The notes under the pieces: generated by a model
The model's input: the letters and a program-made list of their open reading frames with translations, nothing else
Database searches by the model: none
What the model was told of the DNA's origin: nothing
Translations under genes and position numbers: made by a program
Shown here: positions 42,025-58,337 of the stretch, one piece after another
How positions within the stretch are numbered: position 1 is the first letter of the stretch
Layout of the letters: each line of letters begins with the position of its first letter
Source: the human T2T-CHM13v2.0 reference genome, Homo sapiens
Assembly (NCBI RefSeq): GCF_009914755.1
Contig: NC_060928.1
Length of the DNA stretch: 64,000 nt
Reading direction: 5' to 3' (one strand)

Positions 42025-43193
42025 TGATAGTGGCAAGAGGCAGGCAAATTCCTGGGCAGATAAGCGTAGGTCCGTGGTGAGGCCCACCCTTCAAGCCAGG
42101 AATAGCCCCAGGCCTGAAAAACCTGCTTCCAGTTCCAGGTGGAGTCCACCACCCCAAGTGCAAACTTCCTTGATGCCTTTCAGCCAGTGGGATGCTTTTT
42201 CTGGGCCCACCCATGGACCAATCAGCATGCACTTCCTTCATTTGGAGCCCATAAAAACCCCAGATGCAGCCAAACTCAGACACAGCTTGGGACTACATGC
42301 CTATAAGGAGGAGCTACCCACGTTGTGTCTTCTCTCTGCTGAGAGCTGTTCTGCCCCTCAATAAAACCATCTCCACCTTGCTCACCCTTCAGTTGTTCAC
42401 ATAACTTCATTCTTCCTGGACACTGGACAAGAACTGGGGACCTGCCAAACTGTGGTTTGGAAAGGGCTATAACACTTTCCTGCCTAGCTTGCCAAGCTGA
42501 AGACAGTGACCTGCTCCCATTCACCAGACTGTTGGAGTGAAGAGCAGTAACCCTTCTGGAGGCCCAGACCTCAGGATTCCCTGAGCCAGAGCTGTAACAC
42601 CTATAGCCCTCCCATGTTCTGCCTGCATCAGGAGGCCTTCCCACATGACACGAAGTGGCGGCCTTGCTGGACCAGCCCAGGATCCATGGGCTACAGTTGG
42701 CAATGGGACTGAAAGAGCTGTTAACACATCCTCATTCACCAAGCTGTGGGCAGTGGAAATGAGGGAGCTATAGCACACATCCCCACGCTCCTTGGGGCTT
42801 GGCAGTTGCTGGCATCTCTGAGTTTTTGGGTGCCACCATATTCCCCTACTTCAGATGCTGGGGCTCACAGTGGAAGCCACTTGTGGTACACCTGGTCCAG
42901 CTGCAGTCTTGCACAGAGCCAGCGCCTGTGTCAGCACCAGGAGCTGCCCACCAGCTGGCATAATTGGCTGTAAGCAGTGGCCAGACCCTGCATTAGCTCA
43001 CACACCCCTCACCAATCAGTGCCTGGCTCACCCTTGGTGGGCATGGGATCCGAGCTGGTAGCATGAGCCAAGCACAGCATGCCAGTCCAAGCGAGCAGAA
43101 TGAGACCAGCAGGTGCAAGCAAAACTCAAGCAGAGGTGCCACCAGCCATAGAGGTTTCCAGCTGGCAAAGCGACACCCAAAGATCCTGTGAAA
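42025..43193 (+). mobile_element. ERV1 solo LTR (LTR27/LTR28/MER52 group)
   Basis: tgatagtggcaagaggcaggcaaattcct...gaccaatcagcatgcac...cccataaaaacc...aataaa...aagatcctgtga; ~1.17 kb. Confidence 0.82.
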
Positions 43194-43209
43194 CTTACCT
43201 CTAACCACC

Positions 43210-43415
43210 GCATATATTCCAATTACACCAATTTGTACATGTTATATAAATTATACATATAAATATATTGAATATGTATATATACAAATTATAATTAAAT
43301 ACAGTATATAATATACACTATACAAATATATAAATTATGTATATATTTAGTGTAATACATTTTGGATATATATTTATGTTTTACAAATTCATATATATAT
43401 CTCCGCATATAAACT
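43210..43415. repeat. AT-rich (TA)n-derived low-complexity tract
   Basis: Visible directly. Confidence 0.7.
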
Positions 43416-43448
43416 ACACTGAGACCTATTATCTATCACCTTTTATAC

Positions 43449-43890
43449 TGTTAAAGGAGTTGAAAATATGTCTCTCTGCCATATTGACTATTTAAGTTAA
43501 AGACCTATGAAGAACAGCAGGTGCAAAAACTTCACTCTGAACTTTGTTTTGTTTCTCGAGAGCAGAAGATGAAATTACCACGTGAATTTATTCTCAAGGA
43601 CAAAAGTTAAGAGCAAGATTTCTTATAGATCTGTATAGATTTCTTAAAATAACTTATCTTTTAAGCATCCTCCAGAATTGAGCTGCTTCTTAACAACTTA
43701 CCATTTTTTATCCAATTCAGTATTTAAGTTCCTGACTCTATCTACTTTTTTGGGTCTTCATTTTCTTATGATGTCTCCCATGCCATGCAAAACTTGTATT
43801 AAATATGTAATTTTCTTCTGTTGATCTGTCTTATGTCAATTAAATCTCTGGCCCAACCAGGACCCTAAACGGAAATTTGCTGCCACTTAC
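43449..43890 (+). mobile_element. ERV1 solo LTR (LTR47/MER34 group)
   Basis: gccatattgactatttaagttaaag...aacagcaggtgcaa...ctgttgatctgtcttatgtcaatt...ccaggaccctaa. Confidence 0.65.
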
Positions 43891-44526
43891 TGCAATAGTC
43901 ACTTAACTGGTCTCATTACTCCCAATCTTGTCTCTCTTCAATCGACTACACTCTCTTTTAAAAACCTGTAATAGCGTTCCTATATTCTTGAAATAAATTC
44001 CAAGCTTGTTGCTATGGCTCTTAAATATCTGTAACACTGCATCTCAGAACCGCACTTATCTTTGTTCACTAACATACAGCCATGATAATCTTTTGTATAT
44101 CTTACTGGTCAAGCATTTTTTTCCCTTTGAGTATCACTCGTCCTTACTGTTACGCAAATATAGAAGGCAAAACTTTGAACGGGTACCTCCTCTTTGTAAT
44201 TCATGCACTTGCAGATATTGATTAAATTTAGGACATCCACACACTGTTTATTTGCTATTATATTCCCCCAGTTTTGTTATTCTTGTGGTATTCAATGACT
44301 TTACATGAACTCTTAATTTTTGTTGTTGTTAGTTGTCAATCTCCTTTCAGTAAAAACTATCCCAATTCATTTTCTCATAATCACAGAAACTTTGAGCATT
44401 CTGGCACAGAAGAGGAACTATAAAATACTTTATGAATAAAGGAATAAATAAATTACCACCTTTTACTTTTTTATTTGGCTAATATTCCTAAAAAACCAAG
44501 TTATGTTATTAAATAAAATAGCGTAT

Positions 44527-46283
<1,757 letters not shown>

Positions 46284-47270
46284 TTAGCTGGCACACACAC
46301 AAAAAAGTGTTCCTTGGTTAAAATAATGCAAACTTATTTGGTTATTGCACATAACAAGATTCTTTGTCATAGGCATTCTGACAACTTTTACAATACTATT
46401 ATACTGCCAATATTCAAGGGGAAAGGTAGCATCTATGTTTTCACATGGTAGTTTAACCTTCTTTCCATGAAGCACATCCCCATTTAAGGGAAATAATAAC
46501 ATGTTATTATGTTTTTTTTTATCTACAGATTTTAAAGTTGTATTACATTGAAGAAACTTAATAATTAAAGACACAAAGATTCTCATTATATAAATTAAAT
46601 ATCTTAGCTTTTGTGATACTTCTGAAATTTTTAGATTTTAGAGCTATAATGAACTTTTCAGAAAGATATCTACAAATGAACAACATACTTTCTTCTAAAT
46701 TATAACTAAAATATTATTTTTGTATATATGCTTTTGAATTAAGGAAATAAATGAAAGTAACAATATATAATGAAATCTGGAAAATAGAGAACTAGCATCA
46801 AAATAATCATATTTTGTGTAATCCAATTACATATTTCCTGGCTATCTGCAAAGAACCTTGTAATCTATTGAAGCTTACCATAAAACAAAATCAAATTAAT
46901 AAACAGAATTTTATTATCAATCCTTTAAAATTACACATTTGACTTCTCTCTATATAAGAATTTACTAGAAGTGTTGATATTTGCCTAAAAGGGAAAAGAA
47001 ATTGTTGAGTATTAGGAGTCTTTTTGTTTCAGCATTTAGGCAGAGTTGATTAAATTGATTTTTTTTAATCAAATTTTTACAGAAGAGGCATATGTTGAAA
47101 ATTTGTGCCAAAATAATTTAGGTTGGTATATTAACTTTGAGCAAGCTAAAAATTTGCAAAGAAGAATTTGAAGGGTTGTCCAGATTAGTATTTTTTTTAG
47201 TGATAGAACTGTTTTTAGCCCATATGAAATTATGAAATTACAAATTAATATATTTCTAACATATCAAAAA

Positions 47271-48038
47271 CACTGGCCATCAGATAAATGCAAATCAAAA
47301 CCACAATGAGATACCATCTCACACCAGTTAGAATGGCGATCACTAAAAAGTCAGGAAACAACAAGTGCTGGAGAGGATGTGGAGAAATAGGAACACTTTT
47401 ACACTGTTGGTGGGACTGTAAACTAGTTCAACCATTGTGGAAGTCAGTGTGGCAATTCCTCAGGGATCTAGAGCTAGGAATACCATTTGACCCAGCAATC
47501 CCATTACTGGGTATATACCCAAAGGATTATAAATCATGCTGCTGTAAAGTCACATGCACACATATGTTTATTGGGGCACTATTCACAATAGCAAAGACTT
47601 GGAACCAACCCAAATGTCCAACAATGATAGACTGCATTAAGAAAATGTGGCACATATACACCGTGGAATACTATGCAGCCATAAAAAAGGATGAGTTCAT
47701 GTCCTTTGTAGGGACATGGATGAAGCTGGAAACAATCATTCTCAGCAAACTGTTGCAAAGACAAAAAACCAAACACCACATGTTCTCACTCATAGGTGGG
47801 AACTGAACAATGAGAACACATGGACACAGGAAGGGGAACATCACACACCGGGGACTGTTGTGAGGTGGGTATAGCAGGGAGGGATAGCATTAGGAGATGT
47901 ACCTTATGCTAAATGACGAGTTAATGAGTGCAGCACACCAACATGGCACATGTATACATATGTAACAAAACTGCTCGTTGTGCACATGTACCCTAAAACT
48001 TAAAGTATATTAATAAAATAAAATAAAATAAATAAAAA
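47271..48038 (+). mobile_element. L1PA3-like, 5'-truncated (~770 bp)
   Basis: ORF 47288-47806 is the end of ORF2; 3' UTR atgctaaatgacgagttaatg; (taaaa)n tail. Confidence 0.94.
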
Positions 48039-50477
48039 ATGAAAGAATTGTTCCATGATATTAACATTTTTTGAAATGTAACATAAAAACTAAGAAATTA
48101 TTTATTAACTATCATATTTCATTTGAGATTTCATTGGATTTTTGTGAATTTACTTCTTATATTTTTCCTATGACTTTTGAGATAATCTTCTTTTCTTGAA
48201 CAGTGTGGAGACTCCTGTGCTACCACATATTATTACAAACATAATTCAAGATGGTCCCCAGGCCTCTGGTATGTTGAGATGAAATTATTTTGTAGAATTA
48301 AAAATAAGATCCAAAAGATTTTTTGAATAAGTAATTTATTTTAAGTATGCCATACTAGTTTACTTTTAGCATTTTCTATAACAGATGCATATAAGTGAAG
48401 GAAAATATTATGTGTACATCATATATATTTTTGTGTCAAAAATTTTAAATAGAACACACAGTGAATTAATTTCCATGACAATTAGTTGTGAAACAATTCT
48501 CCCACTTCAACAGAGACTAAAATAAATAGTAAATAGTATATGGTAAAGGAGGCATTTAACTTTTTAATAATTATAATAAAGCAATAAATAACGTGTATCT
48601 TAATGTGATGAACATTATACATTATTATCCTGAAAGATTAATTGCAGAGTTAAATTACATATTCTAATTAAGGATCTGCTAAATGGCTTGGAAATAAATA
48701 CCAAGCAACATCTTTGTGAATATAGAAAAGTATATTTTAAAAAACCCTATCATACTTGCAAGTTATATGTTTTAAAATGGATTCAAGAAGAATTGGGCAA
48801 AATGGAAAAGCATGTTCTTTATATAAAATTAAATGACCAATCTAATTTAAAGTGCTTTCCTAAGATAAAGTTAAGATATACTAAACATATCAGGTACACT
48901 TGAAATTGCACTTGTTGATACTGTCCAAATCATAAGAACTTAACTTCTATGAAAAGTAGCAACATGTGTCATTTCAAATATTTTTAACACTTCTGGAAAA
49001 TCCTAATTACAGATGGTTGCCAAGGAAACAAAGGCAATTAAGTAAATGAATTAAAACATAAATTTTACTTGATGGAATTTAGGTTTAAATTTCAAAGTGA
49101 GAAATATACCCCTGGCACTACAAAATAAAATGTCAGACACTTAAATTATCACCGAATAAAATTAGTGCATATATAATCAACAATACTTCATTTCTGGCTA
49201 GGTATCCTAATAAAAATATTGCATTATATTACCTTTCAATAATCTGAGAGAGTTTTCAAAACCATATAGGTAAATGTGATTACAGGAAATGTGATAAAGT
49301 AATATGAGCTATTAAATTATTTAACTATTCTTCAAATTATCAAAATTAATATAAAGTAGATATGTAGTTTAGATAACTATTCTAATCAAAAAATAAAAAT
49401 TGAATGTACATATATATCTAGAAACTACATAAAATGAACTTAAGGACTTGAAACTACACAACATTAGTTATTTTAAGCAAAAGACAGGAACACAATTAGA
49501 GTGAGCACTGCATTCAATGGAAAAGTCATTAGCAGTAATAACAAAGTATGATTTTACTTCTTCATTCTTTACTAGTTTTATTGAAATGACAAAAGCCAGC
49601 TAAAACACAAGACACAGGAAAGATAAAATTAAAAAGTATTATGCAAAAAAGTTATGCAAAAATATAACAACATTTGATTAAGTTCATATGATTACAAAAT
49701 TCATCAATGTTTATATGTTCAGACCCAGGAGTAATGGCTAACATCAGTTTAAATTAAGTGCTATCACTTTACCAGAGCTTTTAGGAAATAGCATTACTGT
49801 AATAAAAGGAATCATAACAAACTGGATATTATGGAATTTAACTTAGGCAAATAAAATAAAACTATCATGTTGAAAATAGTAATTATTTTACTATTTTATA
49901 TGAAAAAATATGAATTGTCAGAGTTATTGATATGTTTGGGAGAGTATCAATCTTTTCAGGGCAAAGGAACATAATATGACTCAGAGGACAATGGAAAATC
50001 ACATTTTTGAGAGTTAATTTTAGTCAGATATTAAAAGGTTTTGAATGTGATGCAAGAAAAATTTTTACTTTCTTTTGAAGGCAATCAGGATTCATGGAAT
50101 TATTTTAAACATGAAATACTCATTTAAAAATTAGAACAAATATTTCCATGGAAGGATGGCTAGTACATTGAAACAGTAAGAGAAATGGGCACATATGCTT
50201 TTTAGTGCAGTAAGGTAGACCTGAATAGGTTGGGTTAACAAATTTAGGATAACAGAAAACTAATAATCAATAGGGCATACATTTTTGAACCAAGTTTAAT
50301 TTATTACTTCATCAAACACTTTAGTAGGCAGTTTGTTTTAGAAAATAGGCACTATTTGTTAAAGATACAATAAGGAGGGCAATACTGCCCTTGCTTCAAA
50401 TTTGCTTACAGAAAAGGAGGAAAATAATGTACTGATTGCTATTGTGTTGTCATTGAGAAATGTTATGGGATAATAGA

Positions 50478-50856
50478 TGTATTAGTCTGCTCAGGCTGCC
50501 CTAACACTGTATCACAGATTGGGTGACTCAAACAAAAGAAGTTCATTTTCTCACAATTCCAGAGGTTGAAAAATCCATGATCAAGTCTCCATCTGCATTT
50601 GGTTTCCAATGAGATTTCTCGTCTTGGCTTGCAGATAGCTGCCTTCTCTCTGTGTCCTCATATGGTAGAGGGAAGGAACAGAGCTCTTTTGTGACTCTTC
50701 TTAAATGGACACAAATCCTGTTAGATCAGAACTTTGCCCTTATGACATCATTTAACCTAAATCACCTCCTTATAGGTCCAGCCTTCAAATACCCTCATAT
50801 TGTACTTTAGGGCTTTAACACATGAATTTGTGAGGGACAGAGTTCAGTCAATAGCA
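50478..50856 (-). mobile_element. MLT1A/MLT1A0 MaLR solo LTR
   Basis: tgtattagtctgctcaggctgcc...ttctcacaattccagagg...gggacagagttcagtcaatagca. Confidence 0.88.
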
Positions 50857-51339
50857 CTAGCTATCTATAAGCACCATACCTGAGTAGTTTTCTTATTTAA
50901 TTAAGTGGAGAATAACAAGATGGGCTAAAAATCCACAATTTGCCATGAGTCACAGAGGCTATTTACAGAGTAGACTTTCCTTAGAAATATAAAGAAATTA
51001 GAAACTTTAGTTATCATCTATCCTTTAAGAAAGGAGTATTTTCATATCCTAAGGGGGAAAAGAATGTTAGCACTTCAAAGATTCTGGAGTGAGGGAAGGT
51101 GCTTCAAATAACAATAACAACAGTAATAATAATAACAAGAATAATCATGATTTAATCATTATAGATGCAACAAGACTTTAGTTCTTAAATTGTTTCCTAT
51201 CAGGCATTATTTATAGTCTTAGAAAGTATTGAGAGTCCAAAAATTTGTATTCATGTTAGACCTATTAAAATTTATAATATTAGAAATTCAATCTGAAAAA
51301 ATATTAAATACTACTAATTAATTCACTTTAAAGAATAAT

Positions 51340-51670
51340 AAACCATTATATAAATAACATTATTTATTAAAATAGATATGTATTTTATATAACTACTTTT
51401 AATTATGTAAAATACCTAAAGAAAGTAGATAGTGAAAACAGTGACATTGTTTTACATAATAGTTCTGCAAATCTCTTAAATAGCTTGCTTAATGAGACCA
51501 TCTGGATCCATACACATCCTTTTGTATTCAATCTATTGCAGTATCACCCACCTGGTAGCCTGTAGAAAAGTCTACATTTATGGGGGAATGTGAATGAAAA
51601 AGTATCATCATGACAGTAGTTTGATTTCTGGAGCCCCTAGAAGTTTATTGGAAAATCCTGTTAGTGCTGG
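51340..51670. mobile_element. hAT-Charlie DNA transposon fragment (MER119/Charlie7-like)
   Basis: gtgacattgttttacat...gcaaatctctt...gcttaat...attcaatctattgc...gtagcct...tagtttga matches a recalled consensus. Confidence 0.55.
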
Positions 51671-54600
51671 TATGTTAAAATCTGCAATAGTGATACTATG
51701 ATAGTTTAACTGTTCAGTAGATAGTTTAACTGTTTTATAGCCAACATAGAGACAGAAACAATGAGTATACTTAGAAAGAGTCAATGTCAGTTGATATATT
51801 GGACTACCCCTTGGTGCTGATCATAATATTCTGTAACCTCCATGTTTGATATTGACAAGATTTTTCTCTATTGTCTGAAGCAAGGGCATGATTCATTACC
51901 TCGCCTGTGAATCCTCTTCAAGAACCTTCCGTACATGGATGGGGATAGTTAAATATAAGTTTAAAGAATACTGTAACCTATTTTCTTCATACAGAGCTGA
52001 TTAAGGTTCTATTAACAGAATTCAAGGCTTTACAATATGACTAGCTGGACCGTAATCTGTCCCGTTTCTCACAGCTCTGCGTATACAATGAAAACAGATT
52101 TTGTAAAAGGCATCCTTTACCCTCTTTAAGAAGAGTTTTGTAGGAGAACCTCAAAAGTACCACTTTCTTTTTAAAGTTGATGTTAAGTATTCTTGAAACT
52201 TTTAGTGCTCATTTTTCATAGAATTGTTAGTAAAAATCATTCAGCCATATTGACACATTAAATAGATACCTATAATTCAGTTATTTCTCAACAATGTTCT
52301 TTAATTAATTGTGTTCTTAATAATTTTTAAGCTGATATTGTTTTGGCAATAAATGTTGTGGTTTGTTATTTTTGTATATGCCTACTCGTTCTACTAGTGT
52401 AAGTTAACTTTATTAAACATATCATTTATTTGGAAAAGATCTGTTTACCAAGACTAAAAATATCAATAATAAACATAATATGGCACTTTACCAATTGTAA
52501 TAAATTAAAACATTTAGCTTATGAAGTACATTTGCTGTTTACATTTTCATAAATGTATTTTACAATAATATGAATCAGAAGAATGTTTGGCATCTCTAGA
52601 CTGGTAGAAGTTGAAAATTTGAGACCAGTTGTTCTTAGAAATAATAATATAAATAAAAACTCCTTACTGATATATGGAGACAAGCCTATTTTAAATAATT
52701 TCATTAATAATGTAAAATGACTTCTGTTCATTCCTATCCTATTACATCATTAAACATTATTGAGTTAGGTCCTGACATTTTATTCAAAATTATGTTTCTG
52801 GCATTTAAGTATTCAGCTCTAAATGTTAAGGATGCCAATTATGTGAGCATCCATCTTTTTCACTCTGGTCTCCCATCAAACATTAATGGTGGAAGTGTTA
52901 ATTCATTTCAAGTAGTCTGAAATATCTGCCCTGAAGAAGGCTGACACTCTACAAGTGCTCTGACAACCTCTGGTAAGTAATGACTCTTAAAAATATCTCA
53001 GTAAATTCAACTCACTCCTAGAGGCATTTTAAATTATGTGTCATTAAAATGTAATGCCTTCTCAAATGACAAGGTCATGCCAAAAACCAAAACTACACTG
53101 TATTTTTTTCTGAAACATACCCACACCAATAAAAATGTTACAACTTACACTTCAAAACAGTAAAGATAAGTCGTGCCATATTTAGAGGCATGTAGTAATC
53201 AAGGTAAATTGTTATTTATAGCAACCATAAATTTATACTATGATACCACTCTATGTGAGAAAATAATCCATTTGCATGAAGACTAGAATGCTGCACATCT
53301 TAATATAATTTGGGACAAAAATGCAATCACAAAATTGTCTGTACCTAATGTTCGTCCTGACTTTCCAACATTTTCCTTCTCCTTTTGGATAGTACAAAAA
53401 CGCAGTTATATGTAATTTTGCTTTTGGGTTTCAAGAAATATACCAATGAGGGCATGACTTACAAAGCAAACTGATCATTCATTATGAATTTTTGCCCCTA
53501 ATGGCACAATAATAAATATATAATAATTTGGAAAAAAACTGTAAATAAAAAATCTAACACAGCGGTGAGACAAAGTGACCTAATTCCGCTTTTACTCTAC
53601 AAGTAGAAACAATATTTTGAAATAAAATTATTTTGATAATGTAGGAATAGAGATGGGGTAAGTATGTTTTCTAAATTGTGACAGGATATTGACTAAGTAG
53701 AACCTATTTTATCATCTTTCTCAATTCAATATTTAGGAAAATAAAACATAATCATATCTATGAAGTTGTAACTTACATAACAATGATTAAAACGTACTTT
53801 CACTTAAAGCTTTCCCTTTATAAGAAGCTGATTTCAGATTTTAAGAAGAAAATATATTGATAAATAATAAGCTAGTCAGTTGCTAGTCAATGTTAAATAC
53901 GAATAAAAGTATAGAAAATGATGTTTTTAAATCCAGATATGATATTTAAAAGTTTATCTAATATACTACTTGAGTAAATGACTTATATTACCTCTTCTGA
54001 ATTAGAGAATCTTAATAAAAATGAAATAAAGTAATAGCAATCCCACATAAACTCCTCCAAAGTAGAAAAAGGGAAAATTTCTGAAGATATTTAAGCAAAA
54101 TAATCTTGATAGAAAAACATATCAGGGACATTTAAAGTGAGGCAAATTATGGATCATTTATTCTTATGAGCTTAGATAAAAATATTAAACAACATATCAT
54201 GAATTAAATAGAACAAAATATAAAACACCAATCAAATAAAGATTATTTCAGGTGTGGAAGATTTTTTGTTTTTGTTTTTCCTTGACATTCAAGATAATCT
54301 GTTTGATCACATAATAAGAAATGAAAAAATCATATAATAATTTTTAAACCTGCAGGAAAGCATTTTACAAAATAAAACACCAAGTCATCATAATAAAATA
54401 TTTAAAAGTAGGATAAAAAATTTAGTAGATTAAACATATCAAGAGAAAACCTAGAACAGGCATCCTACTCATATGCATTATTGACAGTTTTATGCCTCAA
54501 ATCAGAAACAAGAAAGGCCATGAGAACCACTTATATTTGTATTTATATTGTGACCATAAATAAGACAACATTACAAGAAACATTAAGCATAAGTTTCACA

Positions 54601-54954
54601 AAGAGGAAATAAATCCAACACCTGCCACAGATGACATGGTTGTGAATGATGAAAATCCAAAACAATATAAAGAAAAACAACAGGATCAATAAGTAAACTT
54701 ATCAATATAGTGTATATCAAATCAATACTATCGACAAATATTTTATTTTTATATACTGGCAATGAGCAATTGAAAAATGAAGTAAGAGTGAGTTTTACAG
54801 TAACCTTAAAACTTATCAAATTCCTGGCGGTATAACTTAAGATGGGTGAAACCTCGATAATAAGATATTCAAAACACTGCTTTGGAAAATAAATAATGTT
54901 CTAAATAAATGTATAAATATATGATTATGAGTCAGAAAACTAAATATTGTAAAG

Positions 54955-55168
54955 CAGGATTTCTGATCCTTGACAACATGGAAACTTTGGTTTATTTTTT
55001 GGTGGGGGGGTGGTAGCTGTGTTGCATATTGTAGGACGTTTAGTAGGATTCTTGGCCTCCATCCTACTGGATGCAAGTGGTATCCCCCAGCTATGACAGC
55101 CAAGTACGTCTCAGGACATTGACAGATATCTCTTTGGGGTCAAAATCTCATTCATTTGAGAACTGCTA
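54955..55168. mobile_element. MER20 (hAT-Charlie) element
   Basis: gcatattgtaggacgtttagtag...tggcctccatcctactggatgc...ttgagaactgct; exact 8-bp TSD ttgtaaag (54947-54954 / 55169-55176). Confidence 0.88.
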
Positions 55169-55510
55169 TTGTAAAGGTTTCCATTTCTTTAATTTATAGA
55201 TTCAATGCAATCTCAGTCAAAATCCTATTTATGTTTTTAAATTCATAATTTGATTATAAATTTCATATGGCAAGATAAAGGACCAAGAATAGTCAAGGCA
55301 GGATTGACAGACAAGTAAGCAACACTGGACACTTGCACTACCCAATATCAGTGCATACTATAGTTATTGCGATTAAGGCAGTATAATTTTGTCAAAAGGA
55401 AGATAGATAGACCAAGGGATTAGTACATGGTGATCAGACAGATATGCAGTTTTGTAATCATTTGACTTAAGACAAAGATGATACACACTCTGCAAATAAA
55501 ATAGGATGGC

Positions 55511-55651
55511 TTTTCTTTTTTTAAATTTTATTATTATTATGCTTTAAGTTTTAGGGTACATGTGCACAATGTGCAGGTTTGTTACATATGTATACATGTG
55601 CCTTTTTGGTGTGCTGCGCCCATTAACTCATCATTTAGCATTAGGTATATC
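55511..55651 (-). mobile_element. Short L1PA3-like 3' end (~140 bp)
   Basis: T-tail followed by ctttaagttttagggtacatgtgcac...catttagcattaggtatatct. Confidence 0.9.
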
Positions 55652-57584
55652 TTTCCTGAAAAATGGTCCTGGATAATTTAATTCCTATAAGAAAAGGTTG
55701 AATGATGTGAGGTCCACTACTTCAGACGTTAGCAATGAAAGACACGCCATAGAAGAAAATATAGACTATTTTTATGCCCTTGGGTTAGCTAAACATTTCT
55801 TTAAAAAGTACATAGAGCTTACAAATAATATATTTTATTGTACCAAAATATTGAAACTGTGCTTACAAACACAATGAAACGTCAAACAGAGTAGGTCAAC
55901 ATATTTTCAATACTTAAATACAACAAATTATTCATATCTAGAATATCAATCAGTAAGAAAAAGACAACTCAATAAATAGGGACCTCACAAAAGTTTATAC
56001 AAATATCCAATAAACTCATAAAACAGCACTCAACATCATTAGACATCTAGGAAATGCAAATTATAATCAAAATGGTGTACAATTACATATCATGAGAATG
56101 GCAAAAAATTTTTTAAATACAAAATTTAAGTATTGTTCAGAGTGTGGAGGGAAAATAATTCTTCCGCACCTTTGGTAAAAATGTAATTTTGTTTGAAAAA
56201 CTTGTTGGCATCATCTATTGAGCTTAAACATGTATATTATATTATATTATGTAACCAGCAACTGCACTTAAGAGACTCCTTATGGATATTTACCAGGATA
56301 CATGTGCAAAAAATATGAATAGCAACTTCCATTGTAGGACTCCCAAACAGGAAACAATTCAACTCTTTATCAATGGTAGAATGGATAAATAAATGTTTTA
56401 ATATTTGTACAATGAATCACTGTGTGACAATGAGAATGAACAAATTGCAACCACATGGAACAACTTGGATGAAACTCACAAACATAATGTGAAAAACAGA
56501 AACTAGATGCATACAATGAGAGCCATATTCTTTTGGAATATAAAATTCAAAAGACAAATAAAATAAATATTTGTGTTAAAAGTCAGGATAGTAGCTACCC
56601 TTTTAGGACAAGTGGTGACTAGAAGGACTATAAGAAGTGCTTCCAGGATGTTAAGTTATGGTTGTTGATTGAGTGCTGGTTGCGTGAGTATGTCTAATTT
56701 GTAAAAATTAATGTGTATTCTTGTGATTTGTGCATTCCTTGTATATGTTACTCTAAGCAAATTTATGAAATATTAGTATATAGTTTGATAAATAAAAAAT
56801 ATAATGTGTCAATGTACACTTTTTGAGAAACGTGATAGAAATAATTGTAAATGAATATATCTCATTTCTGCAAGTATTTGAAAGAATTGAACAGCACAGC
56901 AATAACTAGGAAATGTTTTTATTTAATAATTTATGTAATAGCTGCATTTTCTTGATATTTTTAAGTTAATGATGACAAAGAATTTTCTGTAGACCACTAG
57001 AGACTCTACAGAAAATATGTTTAAATAAAGGGGCATAATAGCAGAAGAATCTGTATAATAAATTATTTTTATTTAGTTTTGTAGCTATCTGAGACAATGT
57101 AGAGCAGAAAATATCTCAAAACTATTCACCTTTTTTCTACCTCTGAAGCAATTATTGCAGATGTGCTCTTGCATGTGATATTATTTTAAGGTAATATCTA
57201 AATAATCTAGACAAGCTAATGTTGGAGAGTTATCAGGAACATTTTTTGGATTACATATTTTTTACTTAAATATTACATAAAGTAATGTAAGTGTATATTA
57301 ATGAAGTGTGTTCATAAAGAAAAATGAGAAATTGCTTCAAAGCAATGTGAAAATTATTTTATAGAAAAAAATTAAAAGTTAATACTATAGGAAAGTCTCT
57401 GAACCTATTTATTATTGAATATGCAGATGGGATTCTTAAAGCTAATGTTGACTGCTATTGTTTTTCTTGGCTAATTAATACAGCATTATACTGAAACTGT
57501 TAAATTATATGCAATTTTTTTCATTTTAAATTGTTCTTAAATACACATAAAGTAAAATACACTTCTACCATTTTATGAAGTGAA

Positions 57585-58110
57585 AGTAAGAACTCGAATA
57601 GATATTTAAATATTCATGTTATTCAGTGTTATTTACAATAGCCAAAAGGTAGAAACATACCACATGTCTGATGATGGATGAATGTACAGATAAAATGTGG
57701 AATATGTATAAACCCAAATATCATTCAGCCTTAAAATAGAAAGAAATTTTGACACAGGCTATAACATAGTTCAAACTTGGAGACATTATGCTAAGTGAAA
57801 TAAGCCAGTGACAGAAGGCCGAATATTGTATAGTTCCACTTACATGAAGTTCCTAGAGTAGTCAGATTCATAGAGACAGAAAATAGAGGGGTGGTTGCCA
57901 GGGGCTGGTAGTTGGGGCAATGGGGAGTTAGTGTATAATTGGTAAAAGTTTCATTTGGAGAAGGTAAAAAAGTTCTGGAAATAGTGATAATAGTTGCACA
58001 CCAATGTAAATATACTTAATGACAAAGAATTATATAATTAAAAATATTTGAAATGGCAAGGTCTATAGTGTATATATATATATATATGTACATATAAACA
58101 CAATTTAAGA
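57585..58110 (+). mobile_element. L1MB-like 3' UTR fragment
   Basis: acattatgctaagtgaaataagccag...gagtagtcagattcatagagacagaa...ggtggttgccagggg. Confidence 0.8.
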
Positions 58111-58237
58111 GACAAAAATAGCTTTCAACAATTGTTAAAATATTAAAAAATTAAATATTAAATCCATTAAATAACTTGTTTGCTTGCTTCTGCTAGCCCC
58201 TAGTAATAACTATCTTTATAATTTAGACTTTTATCAT

Positions 58238-58330
58238 TCCATCTATATACCTACCTATCATCTATGCATGTATGTATGTGTGTACCTATTATCTATCTTA
58301 TCTATCTATCTATTATCAATCATTTTCTAT
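58238..58330. repeat. Degenerate (TCTA)n/(TATG)n tetranucleotide repeat
   Basis: Visible directly. Confidence 0.7.
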
Positions 58331-58337
58331 TTGTCTC

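Larger units (their letters stand above)
41560..44452 (+). mobile_element. L2 LINE 3' region, interrupted by two LTRs
   Basis: L2-like text at 41600-42000 resumes at ~43890 and ends ctggcacagaagaggaactataaaatactttatgaataaaggaataaataaa. Confidence 0.7.
53980..56790 (+). mobile_element. Ancient L1M ORF2/3' UTR remnant with nested MER20 and L1PA
   Basis: RT-like acagatgacatggttg (~54627), tatagattcaatgcaatctcagtcaaaatc (~55195), and L1M 3' UTR text to ~56790. Confidence 0.75.

Noticed and set aside
52900-52980. Perfect donor CTG|GTAAGT suggesting an exon
   Set aside because: No convincing acceptor, reading frame or partner exons; such a match is expected by chance in 64 kb.
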